DNA from: Octopus sinensis
Lineage: Eukaryota
DNA: 64,000 bases
Assembly: GCF_006345805.1 (NCBI RefSeq)
Contig: NC_042998.1
Span: 54,126,001-54,190,000 of the forward strand
Reading direction: 5' to 3'
Shown here: one piece after another, positions 42,722-56,776 of the stretch
Numbering within the stretch: position 1 is the stretch's first letter
Layout of the letters: every line of letters begins with the position of its first letter
Program-made: the position numbers and the translations under genes
The notes under the pieces: generated by a model
Database searches by the model: none
What the model was told of the DNA's origin: nothing
Seen by the model: the letters and a program-made list of their open reading frames with translations, nothing else

Positions 42722-44963
42722 AGTAAATCTGGTAGTGGGGCCCTTGTTTGTGAATTCCAGGGCTTTGAAGAGTCTGGAACCACATCTTAGATGCTATTGT
42801 TTCCAGGTGTACTATGGTCAGAGTAGTAGCATCTGTAAGGTCCTAACTGTGGGTTAAATAGTATGTAACCAGCCAATCAGGGCACACTGAAATCATGGGG
42901 TGGTTGTGAACTAATTTGGTAAATGAACTTATTGAATCAATAGCTAATATCACAAGATTCTGAATGGATGGATAGACAACAAATTGTCAATGACCAGAAT
43001 CAACCAGATCAGTTAGTGAACTACAGCAATCGTCTGTAGTTGTGGTGTATGCTGATGAGATATTTTAGTTAACAAAAGACCAGTGTGACTAAAACCCAAG
43101 CCAAACATTTATGCCATATCACTTGATCAGAACATCAGGTGTGGAGGAGTTGTATTGGTCTGGGAAAGTCACTCAATCAATTGATGATGGGATAGATAAA
43201 TATATATATATTATTGATGCATTGTTTTACATCTAAATATCTTTCCTGTCATTAACCCTTGCCTCTTTTTCAAGTAAGGTATCTCTTTTTTCCTATATCT
43301 CTGAAAGCATAAAGCTAGCAGATAATTTGTAAGAAGAGAAGTGTTAACAAACTGCACTGCTTCTAGTTTAGTGGTTTTCCATGCAAAGCATATAGGATGT
43401 AAGTATTTTCACATACACACACACACGATGGTCTTTTTACAGTTTTTGCATATCAAATTCACTCAAAAAGCATCAGTTAGCCCAAGGCTAATGTAAGTAG
43501 AAGATACATTCCCAAGGTGCTGTGTAGAGGGACTGAACATGAAACATGGTTGAGAAGCAAATTTCTTAACCGGTCAACCATAAATAAAATACTGGCATGA
43601 CTGCTATGAAAGATTCAGGAATCATTATAAAGAGTATCAGGCTAATAAAAAAAAAGAGATAAAATAAAAATTGATAAACATGAATTCAACACCAGTCTCC
43701 TATACTTTGAGAGTCACTTGATAAAATTGCTTATCCAAATTTAATATTCTCATATTCTTCAAAACTCTATTCAAACAAGCCTTAAATTAATGTTTCATTT
43801 CAGTTAACAGGGCCAAAGGATGCTTATATAAACTACAGAGAAAACAAGTTGAAATTAGAATTCTCTGAACCAGACATTAGACAGACAGATCGTATTATAA
43901 TTTGCTGCACTGAAATACCAAAATAATTCTATGTTTTCCAGAAATATTTGAAGTCCAATCATTTCCAATAGATTTTGGATGGTTCAGTACTATAATTTTG
44001 ATTAATACCGCTTGAGGTTTTCTACATTCAGTACAACCTCGAAATAACTTGACAACTTAATGATATTATGAATGGTAGTCTAAGATGGTAGCTAAGGCAT
44101 GAAAACATATTTTGTGATAGGATTGTCTTCTTATGAAAAGGAGTTAATCTCATAACCTTAAAGCATACGACAAGAAGATTAGACTTCATTCAAACTTTAA
44201 TGCCTATGACAAACACAAAATATTTTCATTACAAAACTATTACACATCTCTACAATTACTCATATGAAAAGAAGATATTTGGTTGAAGAGCCAACCGATC
44301 AATTTCAATCTTATTCAGGAGCAATAAAAATAAATTGATATTTCACATATTAGCTAAAGGTGTCAAAATTAAATGATTGGGGTAGCTTAATTAAAAATGA
44401 ATAAACTTTAATGAAATTTCTGCCTGAGTATATGGGGAAGGAACACATATGAATTCATTGGTATTGTTTATTGCAGCCATAACAGAGAAATTCAACTATA
44501 AATACATGTTTTAACATGCAGGTGAAAAAAAAAAAAAAAGGGGGAAGTAAAAACTACTCCAGTTTCAGATAGCTAGAAATGTAAAATTATAAAATGAATT
44601 TTTAAACTGGAGAATGCAACAGATTTTTCAACTATGTAAGAACACACCAATTACTGCTTGATATAATATGAAGGATATTTATTAACCTCACAGCACCTTG
44701 TATAAATTGACCATCTTATCTCCTGTTTTTTCTCTTAGGTAAGAGAATTTTAGTGTTGTGAGTTACAGGCCAACCTCACTAATTTTGGTACCACACAAAT
44801 AAAAAGAAGTATACTCTGTAATGTTGCTAGTGTTAGGAAGGACATCTAGCCATAAAATCTATGCCAATACTGGGATACTGGAGCAAGATGTAGTCCTTTG
44901 ACAGTCTAACAGGTTAACCCATGATAATGATTATGATCATGATGGTGTTTAATACTTGAAATG

Positions 44964-45142
44964 ATTATAGTAAAGTTTATTTGCCAACATAATGTGGCAG
45001 TCCTATAAAGGATGATCTTACTGTTGTTTAAGCCGCAGGAAAACATCTTTACCAGTTGGTTATCAACACACAGTCTAGGGTTTAAATAACAGTAACATCA
45101 TCCTTTATAGGACCACCACATTCTGTTGGTTTTTCACTATAA
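44964..45142. mobile_element. Short foldback MITE
   Basis: ccaacataatgtggcagtcctataaaggatgatcttactgttgtttaa pairs with ttaaataacagtaacatcatcctttataggaccaccacattctgttgg. Confidence 0.7.
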
Positions 45143-45393
45143 TGATTATAGTGATAATGTATTAATCAGTGCAAGAGAGGTACAGAAGAAATTTAGGGAG
45201 TTGTTATCTCAATGGAGATTGAAGAGTTTCTCTCTCCATGTAAAGAGCAGTATAAGGAAGGAACATCACTCTGAATAGTTGAGGACTTTGGACAATAAAA
45301 GTGAAGATTTTACAGAAGCTGGAACAGGAAGGTGGGAAGTATTATCATCTTGAAGTGCAACATATCTTACCTTGCATAAAAGTAGGATATGAA

Positions 45394-45528
<135 letters not shown>

Positions 45529-46023
45529 AACAGATAGCCTGAAGAAGAAATGGGTTGAGCATTGACTCTTTGGCAAGAACAAGTTGTTTTGGTTTATTAA
45601 GTCTCAGGTCAGCTTTTGTTCAAATTTGTCACTATGTAGCTCTTGGCAGCTCCTACCAATCATTTTTCTCTTTTCTCTCTCTTCCTTCTCCTACTAAATG
45701 TATGTAGTCATGCAGATCTTCTACTAGAATCTGCTGTCAAGCCCATACCCACCTCAGAATTTAACCCCCTCCATCCTCCTCTTAGAAGCTGATTCCCCCA
45801 CTTTCCCAAAGGAAGCTGCATGGTGACCTCAATAGTGCAGATGGCATGAAGAAAGCACCCAGTACCCACTATAAAGTGGAATGGCATTAGGAAGGGTGTC
45901 CAGCTGGAGAAACCATTCCAAAGCAGACACTGAAGCATGATGCTGTCCTTGGACTCATTGGATCCTGTCAAACCATCCAAACTACACCAGCATGAAGGGT
46001 AAAGGATAAAAAATTCTTTGGCC

Positions 46024-46346
46024 ATTCATGAATGACCATGGGATTGCACGTAGAAAGTTCCCTTCTGTGGCACAAGTCCAGGCAAAGTTGTTTATGGAAG
46101 ACCAACAGTTACCCATGCATACCGGCCTCCTCTCTTCATGCCACCAATGTTATCCAAGGGAAAGGCAAAGGCTGATACAGTTTGGCACCAGTGATGTTGC
46201 AACACATTTCTACATCTGAGTGAACTGGAGTCACATGAAATAATGTGTCTTACTCAAGAACACAACACACAGCCCAGTCTGGGAATCAAACCCGCTACCT
46301 CATGATTGTGAACCCGACACTCTGACCACTGAGCCATGCACTTTCA
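46024..46346 (-). mobile_element. tRNA-derived SINE, family of 1-316
   Basis: Colinear with 1-316. Confidence 0.8.
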
Positions 46347-46784
46347 AAGGCATGAAACACAGATGTTAAATGGTGATGGCAATGATAACAATAATTCTAG
46401 AAGTGACCATCCTGCGTTTTTATATATTTTAATACTACATTGTCCACAAACGTATTCTTCCTTTTTTAAGATAAAAACATATGATGTGAAGAAGATTTAG
46501 CTGCCATTGCTAGCTGCTCGGAAGACAATGTAAAGGTATCATTTATTGGCTCATACAAACATATAATATGAATGGATGGATAACACCTACTGAATGGAAT
46601 ACAACTCTCTACTGACAATATAAGGCACCTAGAACGTGATACTGATGATAGATTGACAAGGGAATAGCATGGCAAAAAGCAGTGAAGACAGATCTGGGAA
46701 TACTGAGCCTTGCAAAAGAAATAAAGCACAAACATGACAATTAGAGATCATTTATAATCTAACCTGTGTCATTATAGAATTATA

Positions 46785-47236
46785 ACGATGATAATGATGA
46801 TGATTTGGAGGAGGAGGAAGAGGAAGTGGAGGAGGAAGATGATGATGAAGTAGTTAGCAGTGGTGGTGATGATGATGAGGAGAAAGTTAGTGGTGGTGGA
46901 GAGGATGATGGTGTAGATAGTGATGATGATAATAATGATGATGATGAAGCTAGTGGTGGTGCCAGAGATGGTGGTAGAGGCGGTAGCGGTTATGGTGACA
47001 ATGATGATGAAGTTAGTAGTGGGGTTGGTGTTGGTGATGACAATGATGATGTGGAGAAGGTTGAAGTTAGAGATGATAGTCATTGTTGTTGTGGTAGTGG
47101 TGGGGATGCTGATGTTAGTGGTGGTGGTCATCATTGTGGTAGTGACGGCTGCGATGATGATAAAGATGAAAAAGTAGATGCTTATGAAGATGCTGATGAT
47201 TGCTATGGTGGTGGCATTCAGGGTAGTGGTAATTGA
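46785..47236. repeat. Degenerate (GAT/GGT/GAG)n low-complexity tract
   Basis: Trinucleotide low complexity that leaves several frames open. Confidence 0.85.
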
Positions 47237-47458
47237 TTTACAGACAAATTACCATGAAATTTTCCTACTTTTATCCTTACCCACGTTTTTTTTTCCTTTC
47301 CTTTTTCCAAATTTTATTAATGAAATTAAGTCACTTCAAACTGAAAGTTCACCATTGAAGTAATTTAGCAGCATGTTTAGCCAGTAGGCAGACATTATCA
47401 CGAAATTTTGGGAAAGAGGGAGACAGATAGATAGATATATATATATAGAGAGAGAGAG

Positions 47459-47503
<45 letters not shown>

Positions 47504-48517
47504 CAAAACAAATTCTACATTTCTGAACTACTAAGCACCCCCACACCTGACAAAAAAAAGAGAAAGAAATACAGTAAGGTAAAGAAGAAGCCATTTTTTC
47601 AATTTATCCTTATTATTATTATTGTTATTATTGTTGTAGTTTGCTTTGCTTTAAAAGAATTTGCTATGATTTTGATTATTTCCTTAAAAATAAAACTAAC
47701 CGTAAAGGACAAATCAGAATACAAATAGTAAATAAATAAATCCAACTTCTAGTTAGGATTTATTTTTATTGCTTTTCTAGAATTCTTGCAAAAAGAAATT
47801 TACATTTGTGGTTACATATTAGCTTAAATTTTATAATTGTGTAATTTTTTTCAAGGTGGGACACACACGCACACAAGAAACCTGTGTAACAACTGTGATA
47901 TGTTTCTAGTAAACATGGAATTATTTTGGTGCCTCATTGAAGCTGCAAATCCCAGCATGATCTGTTTCACCGATGTCTCTTATTTTCAGAGGGTTCTGAT
48001 ATCAAAACTAGTTTTTCTTCGAAGCTTAAACAAGAGTTCTTTTGATCATGTTAATTTAGTTAAGCATTCAGCTAAGACATGGGTGATGTAATTTTTAAAG
48101 AATATGGAGACATATAAAAGTTTGATATTTTTGTTTTCAAACAATTTTCTAAATTTGGGAATTATGATGTTGAATTTGGTTCAAATTGGTTCTTTCTGTG
48201 TTTTCGTTTTGTTTTTGGTTTTATATTAAAAGATTAGCAAGTCCCCTGTGCAAGGATGACAGGCAATTTTGTGAAGCATTCCACATTTCTTTTTATCATA
48301 GGTGCAGACATGGCTGTGTGATTAAGAAGCTCGCTTTGGAACTACATGGTTTCAGGTTCAAACCTACTGCACAGCACCTTGGACAAGTGTCTTTGACTAT
48401 AGCACCAGGGAGACCAATGTCTTGTGAGTGAATTGATACATGGAATCTGTGTGGAAGCCAGTTGTATATATACACATACATGTATGTATGTCTATATATA
48501 TATATATATATATATAC

Positions 48518-48554
<37 letters not shown>

Positions 48555-49092
48555 GTCAACTAATATTGAAGAGATTGCAAGAAGCAATGAGAATTTGTAT
48601 ATTGGGGACTGCATCAATCTCTAGTGTTTACTTTGGCATGATTTCTATGGTTGGATGCCCTTCTTAATACCAACTACTGTACAGAATGTACTGGGTGCAT
48701 TTTGTGTTTTTTTTTTGTGGCACCAGCACTAGTGAGGTCACCAGGTACATGCAAGATGAGTTTTAAATATATATTTTATTTGATATATTACAACTCTACT
48801 TCCGAACACTATAAAAAGATACTAAAGATAGTTTAGATCCATCAGATTTCCTATTTTCATCTACTACATGAGAAAGGGTCAAAATGAATTACAATTACTT
48901 AAGAAAAACTAAAAATTTACAATAGGTATTAAACCAATGAAGTCAAGATATATAAATAATTTTTAGTTGTTCTTTAAAGCTTATTCATTGCAAACGTTTA
49001 AAGAAAAGAAATGCATTTTTGATTTTGTATAATTATTTTGTGAATAAATCTTCTCGCGATATTATAGAAGTTTTTAAACTGCACTGGATGGA

Positions 49093-49471
49093 AGCACTCC
49101 GTCAGTTACGACGACGAGGGTTCCGGTTGATCCGAATCAACGGAACAGCCTGCTCGTGAAATTAACGTGTAAGTGGCTGAGCACTCCACAGACACGTGTA
49201 CCCTTAACGTAGTTCTCGGGGATATTCAGCGTGACACAGAGAGTGACAAGGCCGGCCATTTGAAATACAGGTACAACAGAAACAGGAAGTAAGAGTGAGA
49301 GAAAGTTGTGGTGAAAGAGTACAGCAGGGATCACCACCATCCCCTGCCGGAGCCTCGTGGAGCTTTAGGTGTTTTCGCTCAATAAACACTCACAACGCCC
49401 GGTCTGGGAATCGAAACCGCGATCCTATGGCCGTGAGTCCGCTGCCCTAACTACTGGGCCATTGCGCCTCC
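49093..49471 (-). mobile_element. Young full-length tRNA-derived SINE
   Basis: CpG-rich. Head GGAGGCGCAATGGCCCAGTAGTTAGG (A box) and GGTTTCGATTCCC (B box). Diverged relatives at about 24885-25205 and 57525-57840 (+). Confidence 0.85.
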
Positions 49472-51006
49472 ACCATACTGCACTACAAAGCTTTACAAGT
49501 TCATATCAAAGCAAGAGTATCCAAATACAGAGTACATTTAACACCAAAGATGAGATTAATAGCTTCACCACTCTTTAACTCTTTTACAGATCTCACCCAT
49601 GTCTCATGAAAATACAGGTCCTGTATGTTCATGGAAGGGTGGATGAGATTTGTGGCAAAGAAATATAACAAGAAAGCCTCTGACCCTGGTTGCCAGCATC
49701 ATTATCAGAAACATTGCTACTACTAAATACTACCAGCCTTTCCATCATTATCATCCTACTTAAGTACAATCATCCTTAATATTTAATATTATTCTGCTGC
49801 CAATTACATATATAATGGTCTAACTATGGAATGAAATCAAAGACATAATCTAGTATAAGATATCTAAATTATTCATAATACAATTCACAGATAAACTATG
49901 AAATGAAAATGAAGACATAAACTGTCATAGATACAGCATGTATATTGTTTATATTAGTCATAAGACAACTGACTGACAAATACTTTAAATTTGAATGTTA
50001 TATTTATGTATATACTTTATAATATCATCCAACCTATGGCAGCATGGAAAATAGGTATTAAATAATGATGAAGATGATTGTGATATTTTATTCACTCTTT
50101 AGTATTTCAAGATATTTTTATGTAATTTTGGTAAATATATCTGTTAAAATGAGATGTCAGTGTTATTTTCATTTTCAAATAATTTAGATGACAATATATT
50201 CGCCGCACCCTGTATATATATATATCTTTTAGAACCCATAGTTTAGCGAGGTAGGTATTGTACTTCATTTATTATTTCTTTAGACTGTAGGCTCAAGTCT
50301 AAATAAAGAAAAAATATTGGAAATTGGCAACAGTTTAAAATTTAGTCCCAGATAAAACTGAACTTGACCAATAGAACTTCTACATTTTAGATAAATATCC
50401 TAAGAATTTTAGCTCTGAAATGTCATTGTTGTAAGTTGCTAGAATATAACTAAATATTCTTTTCTGCTCTAGACACAAGGCTTGACAATTTTGGTGATAG
50501 GGGATAGTCCATAAGATTGACCCCAGAGCTCAAATGGTATTTATAATGTAAAGTATAAAATAAAGTATGAAATACATTATGTAAAGTAAAAACCTAAATT
50601 GTACTTAACAGATTCAAATTATTACACCTCTAAAGCACAGTCTGATATTCATTAATCCCCTTAGAATTCATAAAATATATCATATTGCACTATGTATATG
50701 GTATAATGCTTATAGAAGGAGTAGTGATTTCAAATTTTGGCACAAAGCCAGCAATTTTGGGGAGGGGGTAAGTCGAATACATCAATCGCTGTACATGACT
50801 GATATTTATTTTATTGAATGCAAAAGGATGAAAGGTGAAATCAACCTCAGCAGAATTTGAACTCGGAACGTAAAGACGGACAAAATGCCACTAAGCATTT
50901 TACCCAGCATATTAACAACGTTACCAGTTCACTGCCTTATACAAGATGAATATTAAACAAAGAAAAGTGAAGAACATGATTTAACAGGTACAGGTACAAA
51001 TCAATA

Positions 51007-53124
51007 CAATTCTAAAGCAGAGTATGTACTATCCTTATTAATCCACTGACAGTAAAGAACATAACTATTTTTAACACCCCATATGCAAATTAGCCAACTT
51101 CAAAAACAGGGTCCGTTTATTCAATACAGGGTACAATTATATTGCAAAGTATTCCCAGATTTCTGGAAATTGGACAAGAGGTCAGGCAATGTAATACAAA
51201 TCTAGTATGTTATAACATTGTAAAGTAACATTTCCTTCAACAAACCAGACTTAGACTGGATCCTATGTCCCCTGCTCTTCTATGATTACTCCTGTTCAGA
51301 GCATTTGTCTTTAACCAGATGCTACCTATCATTTAAAGTGGTTACACCTCAAATATTTTCATGAACAGGGTGACAAGAATAAACATTTTATCTTTTGGTA
51401 AAGATATATTGTCTTTTTTGTGTATATTTTATATATTTCCCTTGTGAGTTTTTTTGTTTTACCTTTAAGAATATCAAAATAAAATTATATAAAAATTTCC
51501 CAAAAAACGTATTATACATTTATTCTAAGAGATAAGATATTTTGTAAACTATAATTGGTAGAGACAAATTTTTTTCTGGCACTTGCACCGTATACACAGA
51601 TATCGTGTTAATAAGGTGAGTAGTCTCCATCGTTTAATATTTCACCATCTTTCCTATGTTGTTCTTTCAAATTACTTTTGAAGTTATTTTAACACATTTT
51701 GGAAATATTTCTATATCTAGAATTTGTGAAATAAAATCAGTCATTCTGTGAACATATATAAATAAATCAAACAATCTTCAGTGAGGAAATCAAACCATCA
51801 TTCTTTTTGCAACATTTTGAAAACTGTTTAGAGCAATGGCGTATAACACAGGAGAACTACTCTTTATCATACTATGATACAAGTACCACTAGCATGTACA
51901 GCAAATGCAGGTGGTTTCAACAAGTGCAGCTAGATTCTACTCTAACTTCTATGAGTGTAGCTGACTTCTACATGAATAGATAACTTTGGAAATTCATCAT
52001 CATCATTGTTTAACATCCATCTTCCATGCATCTGTTGATGCATTATTTGTTAGAAAACAGTTGATAACCATAGTTAAATCTTATATAAGAGAAGCTGAAT
52101 TCTGTCTGTCTGTCCATCACAACATCAATTGGAGAGATAACTCCAGTCACATTGTATATTTAGACTGGAAGGAGAAAAAGTTGTTGTCGAGTGACAAATA
52201 CAGTGTGTGTGTGGGAGAAAGAGAAAGAGAGCGAGTGAAAGAAAGAAACAAAGATTGATAGACAGATAGGAAGAGTTGTCACCATAGTAACTAACAAGTT
52301 TTGATTAAAAACATGGGAACTTTAAATGCAAATCTGTCAACAGAGTGAAGCACAGACTTTAAAAAAAATGACTTTCTCTCTCCCTCTATGTATATATATA
52401 TATATATATATATACATATATATAATAAATATAGTTATAGTTTTGGTTGGTTGTGTATGTGTGTATTTCTGTGTGTTTCTGTATGTCTTTCAACATACAC
52501 ACAATGCAACATGGACTTTGAAAAAGAACTTTCACTATAATGACTTGTTGACAGAATTACAGTGAGTGAAAGACATAAGTAAAATTTGTTTCAAGAAAAA
52601 GAAAAAAACAGATAACTGTTGAGCATATCAATGTGATCATTAAAGTAGGTTTTTATTGAAGGATCTATTTCATCATTATTAGGTTGTTATCTGGCAGTAT
52701 AGTAATGGATAATGACTACAGTATTATAAAAAGAAGGGTAAAATATAACATTCATGTTGTTGTAGCATTGCACATATCACATGTGCTGTATCATATGACG
52801 GAACCCAATAGTTATGTGAACAGCACTATTTATGTAGAATGACAAGAATTTGAGTTTGGTTATACAGTTGAGGAAATGCTACTTTTACAGTTGAAGGAGA
52901 TGTTACTTTTACAAATTTGTAACATACTAGATTTGTATTACAGTACCTGACCTCTTGTCCAACATCCAAAAATGTGGGAATACTGTGCAATATACTGTAC
53001 CCTGTATTGAATAAACGGACCCTGTTTTTGACGTTGGCTAGTTTGCATAAAGGGTGTTAAAAATGGTTATGTTCTTTAATGTCAGTGGATTAATAAGGAT
53101 TGAACATACTCTACTTTAGAATTG
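51007..53124. repeat. ~235-bp inverted repeat pair (51007-51241 / 52890-53124)
   Basis: Direct reverse-complement match over the whole arm with scattered substitutions. Spacer about 1.65 kb. Confidence 0.9.
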
Positions 53125-53319
53125 ATAAGAATAGGAGTTTGGTTATACAGTTGAACAAAACTTCTAGAGAGAAGCTTTATTTGGATTAAGGAATTCCTCA
53201 CTGAACTTCAAGAAAAACTTATAGACTAAGGGTCAAAGGCATTTTGAGTATAGCCATTCAACCATCCTTCTTATTTAAAAAATTTTTTTGTAGTATTTAA
53301 GACTGGATTTTATGTGTAG

Positions 53320-53680
53320 GGACAGCTAATGCTATACGGTTGTGAAACAAAGCATGATGGGGATGCTGGGGTTGGAGGAATCAGTGGAACAGCTGGCAAG
53401 GGTGAATGGAGTGCGGTGGTATGGGCATGAGTCAAGGAGGGATGGGGATCATGTTTTGAGGAGAGTGCTTGAGTTTAGAGTGAGTGAACTGCAAAAGCAA
53501 GGTCAATCAAAGAAAATGTGGAGGGGACACGTGGAGGAGAATATTGGGAGGGTTGGCTTGAGGAGGGAGGATGCCCCAAACTGGGTGAGATGGTGTGAGA
53601 GTGGTTGCTGCAGGAGTTAGGTAGATCCAACCACCCCTGTTAAAAGGGGACGAACCCAGATTCAAAATATTGGACAAGAA
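53320..53680 (+). pseudogene. RTE-clade LINE 3' remnant
   Basis: LGLEESVEQLARVNGVRWYGHESRRDGDHVLRRVLEF...GQSKKMW matches the RWxGHxxR and GRPxxxW patterns. Similar remnants near 21420-21680, 46560-46745 and 53740-53970. Confidence 0.75.
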
Positions 53681-55086
53681 GAAGAAACATACTGTTACTA
53701 CTGAGGACATGCAAAGGATTGGAAGAAATGAAGCCAATATGTTCTATTGGGTGTACAAGAGCTGTGTGCATGTGTGACTAAATGTAAATGCTTTGAGATA
53801 AAAGTCAGGTACAAGCAGCATCAGTTGTAGTGTACAAGAGAGAAGACTGTGTTAGTATGATCATGTGATGCATACTGATGATGACAGCTGCATAAAGAAG
53901 TGCCAGTCTGTTACTGTGGAGGGAATCTGTGGAAGGGGAAAACTCAGGAAGATGTAGAATGAAGTGCATTGCACAATTACATAGACTGAGAATCCAGCTC
54001 ATCATTTGACAATCATGAGCCCAACACCTGAACCACAACATCAAATGACTTTAACTGAACCCCTGATGGCATATGACAAAAGGTATTCCAGTTATGACAT
54101 TTCTTCTTTTCTCAGGTATTGTGTACCATGGACTATATTATCCTTTGTCTCTTTTCAAAAGGCCTGATGGAAGTTTGGCAGTTATTTTTAGCAGGGTGTG
54201 TAGCCATATAGAGGCTACCTGGAATATAAATTATATGGAAAAAAATATAAGCGGTTAGAAGTTTACTTCCCAACCACATGTTTCGAGTTCAGTCCCATTG
54301 CATGGCACCTTTGGCAAGTGCCTTCTCTTACCTCTCCAGGCGGACCAAAACTTTGTCAGCAGAATTGCTAGATGGAAACTAAAAGAAGCCCATTGTGTGT
54401 ATGTCATCATCATCATCATCATCATCATTCCCATTCTCCATGCTGGCATAAGTTGGATGGTTTGACAGGAGCTAGTAAATCAGAAGACTGCACTAGGCCC
54501 CAGTTATCTGTTTTGGCATAGTTTCTATGGCTGGATGCCCTTCCTAATACCAACTGCTTTACAGAATGTACTGAGTGTTTTTTACGTGTTACTGGCATGG
54601 GTGTCTTTTACATGACACTGAGATGGGTGCTCTTTTAAGTGGTGGGGCCATGAGTGTTCTTTTATATGGTGACAGCACGAATTCTCTTTTACATATGTAT
54701 ATGTTACTGTTTCCTTGCCTTCACATTGCATGATAGTTGTGAATTTTGCTGTCATACCAGCAGTGTCCTTCATTCTCACTCTTCCGAGACATACAAGTCA
54801 AGCAGGGGGAAATATTACCTTACTTGGAAACATGTAAGGGTTGGCAAGATGAAGGGCATCTGGCTCTAGAGAAATTTGCTGCAACAAAATCTGTTCAACC
54901 TGTACAAATAGGCACAAGTGTGGCTGTGTGGTAAGAAGCTTGCTTACCAACCACGTGATTGTTGCATGAGACCTTGGGCAAGTGTCTTCTATTATAGCCT
55001 TGAGTCAACCAAAGCCTTGTGAGTGGATTTGGTAGATGGAAACTGAAAGAAGCTTGCCATATAGATATATATCTGTAAATATAATA

Positions 55087-55226
55087 TGTCACAATTATTC
55101 GGTAGCCATGAAAAAAACTCTGAGTTTCGGACGTTGGGGCGGAAACCCACTCTGGCATCTCTTCAGTTATCAGGCCATTGACATCTGAAACTTGGAGTTT
55201 TATCATGGCTACTAAATAATTGGCAC
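55087..55226 (-). ncRNA. Minimal type I hammerhead-ribozyme-like motif with inverted partial copy (Penelope-like terminal repeat remnant)
   Basis: Minus strand reads GGCCTGATAA-CTGAAGA-GATG..CGTC-C-GAA-ACTC-A-GAGT-T-TTTTTCATGGC. An inverted copy of the 3' half lies at about 55177-55226. Confidence 0.55.
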
Positions 55227-56615
55227 ATATTATATTTACATATAAATTCCTCTATTTACATAATATCGAGGTCTCTTTCATTCTTTTGTTGTCTTACTAT
55301 TTCTATCAATATATATATATACATATATATATATCTTTATTTATTTATTTATGTGTGTGTGTGTCTGTGTTTGTTCCCCTGCCATCACTTGACAACCAAT
55401 GCTGGTGTGCTTATGCCCTCGTAACTTAGTGGTTTGGCAAAAGAGACCAATAGAATAAGTACTAGGCTTACAAACTATAAATCTTGGTGGTCAATTTGTT
55501 TGACTAAAACCCTTTAAGGCAGTGCTTCAGCATGGCTGCAGTCAACTGACTGAAACAAGTAAAAGAATAAAAGAAATAAACATGGGAAAGTCAACATTGA
55601 ACCAATGACGATATATCTAGAAGTCGAGCATAAAGAGGTGACCACAGGAATTGAGTATGGTTTCTTACAGTAAAAGGGAGTAGTAGATAGATGCATAACG
55701 TTTTGGGCAAAGCATTTATGAGTGTATGTACATAAAAGAGGGGTTAGAACTGAAAACATAACACTGAGTGTAAATAAAATAGTCTAAATTGATTAAGAAT
55801 AAGGCCACTTTTTTAGTAACAGAGGTTATGGTTAATTGGCTCAAGTCCAGCATGGTTTCTGGCCACTACTTTATCAGCTAATGGGGATGAAGCTGAATGT
55901 TGACAACAGCAGTAAGTGAAGCACCAAACTTTTTTTGGTTACGGTAAAGTACTTAAGTCCAGCTGCTACTGCAATTTTGCCTTCTTGCACAAAGATAATT
56001 CCATGACTTGACATCTAGAGATTAGAGCTGCCAAACAGTTGTACACGTGTAGATGTAGAACAAACAAAAAAAAAAGATGTTTAAAGCGGATAAAAACAGG
56101 AAGAGAGAAAAAGAGAGAGAGAAAGAAAACAAAGAAAAGAAAAACAAAAGTGAGAAAAAAAATGAACAAAATAATACTGGAAATAAAACAAAGGCAAATA
56201 TGGGAGGAAACAGATATAATTATTTCTTTTCTATTCTGGTTCTTCTGATATATTTCAAAAGAAAGAAACCTTGCATATTTTTTGACATTTCTCAAATGAA
56301 CCGTTCTCTTTCTCCCTCTCTTTCTCTCTCTCTCTCTCTCTCACAAACACATACACTACAGCATTTTCCATTTTTGTTTTACATTTTTCATAAGCCTGCA
56401 AAAGCGCAATAGTGGTTAGCTTTCACATCCCTTTCTCATGACAGTAAATGTAATTTTCTTCCTTTACTCTTTAAAAGCATTCTCATAGAAATAAATAACT
56501 CCTGAAATAAAAGCTTGCCTTAAGCTATGACAATAAATTAATCAGCAAGAGAGTTGTCACTTCAGCTCATTGGTATATTTCCACAGTGCACTTACTAACA
56601 GCAAAGCTAAGTTAC

Positions 56616-56776
56616 CTGATAACAGTGTGTCGCTCTTTCTTCAACACTTCTTTATTCTCGGTGAACAGGAGTGTGTGATATGGGTGTGGCATATCACAAG
56701 TTGGGAGGATTCCGCGAGAGGCATTGTTAACTGCTGGAAGGCTACCATTGCAAACTAGCAGATCATCTACAAGTAA
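56616..56776 (-). CDS. KATNIP: KATNIP/KIAA0556 internal coding exon (C-terminal region), phase 0 to 2
   Basis: Acceptor ttttctgtttaatttcag| and donor AG|gtaact. The 161 nt translate openly to LLVDDLLVCNGSLPAVNNASRGILPTCDMPHPYHTLLFTENKEVLKKERHTVI(S), closely resembling the recalled vertebrate KIAA0556 C-terminus (LLVDDLLVYNG...GILPTC..PYHTILFTE...EKHT.IS). Not in the ORF track. Confidence 0.92.

Noticed and set aside
46772-47236. 143-aa acidic, Gly-rich ORF
   Set aside because: Degenerate trinucleotide low-complexity tract open in several frames on both strands, with no ATG start or clear splice context.
49400-49471. tRNA-like sequence with A and B boxes
   Set aside because: It is the head of a SINE continuing into a repeat body, not a standalone tRNA gene.
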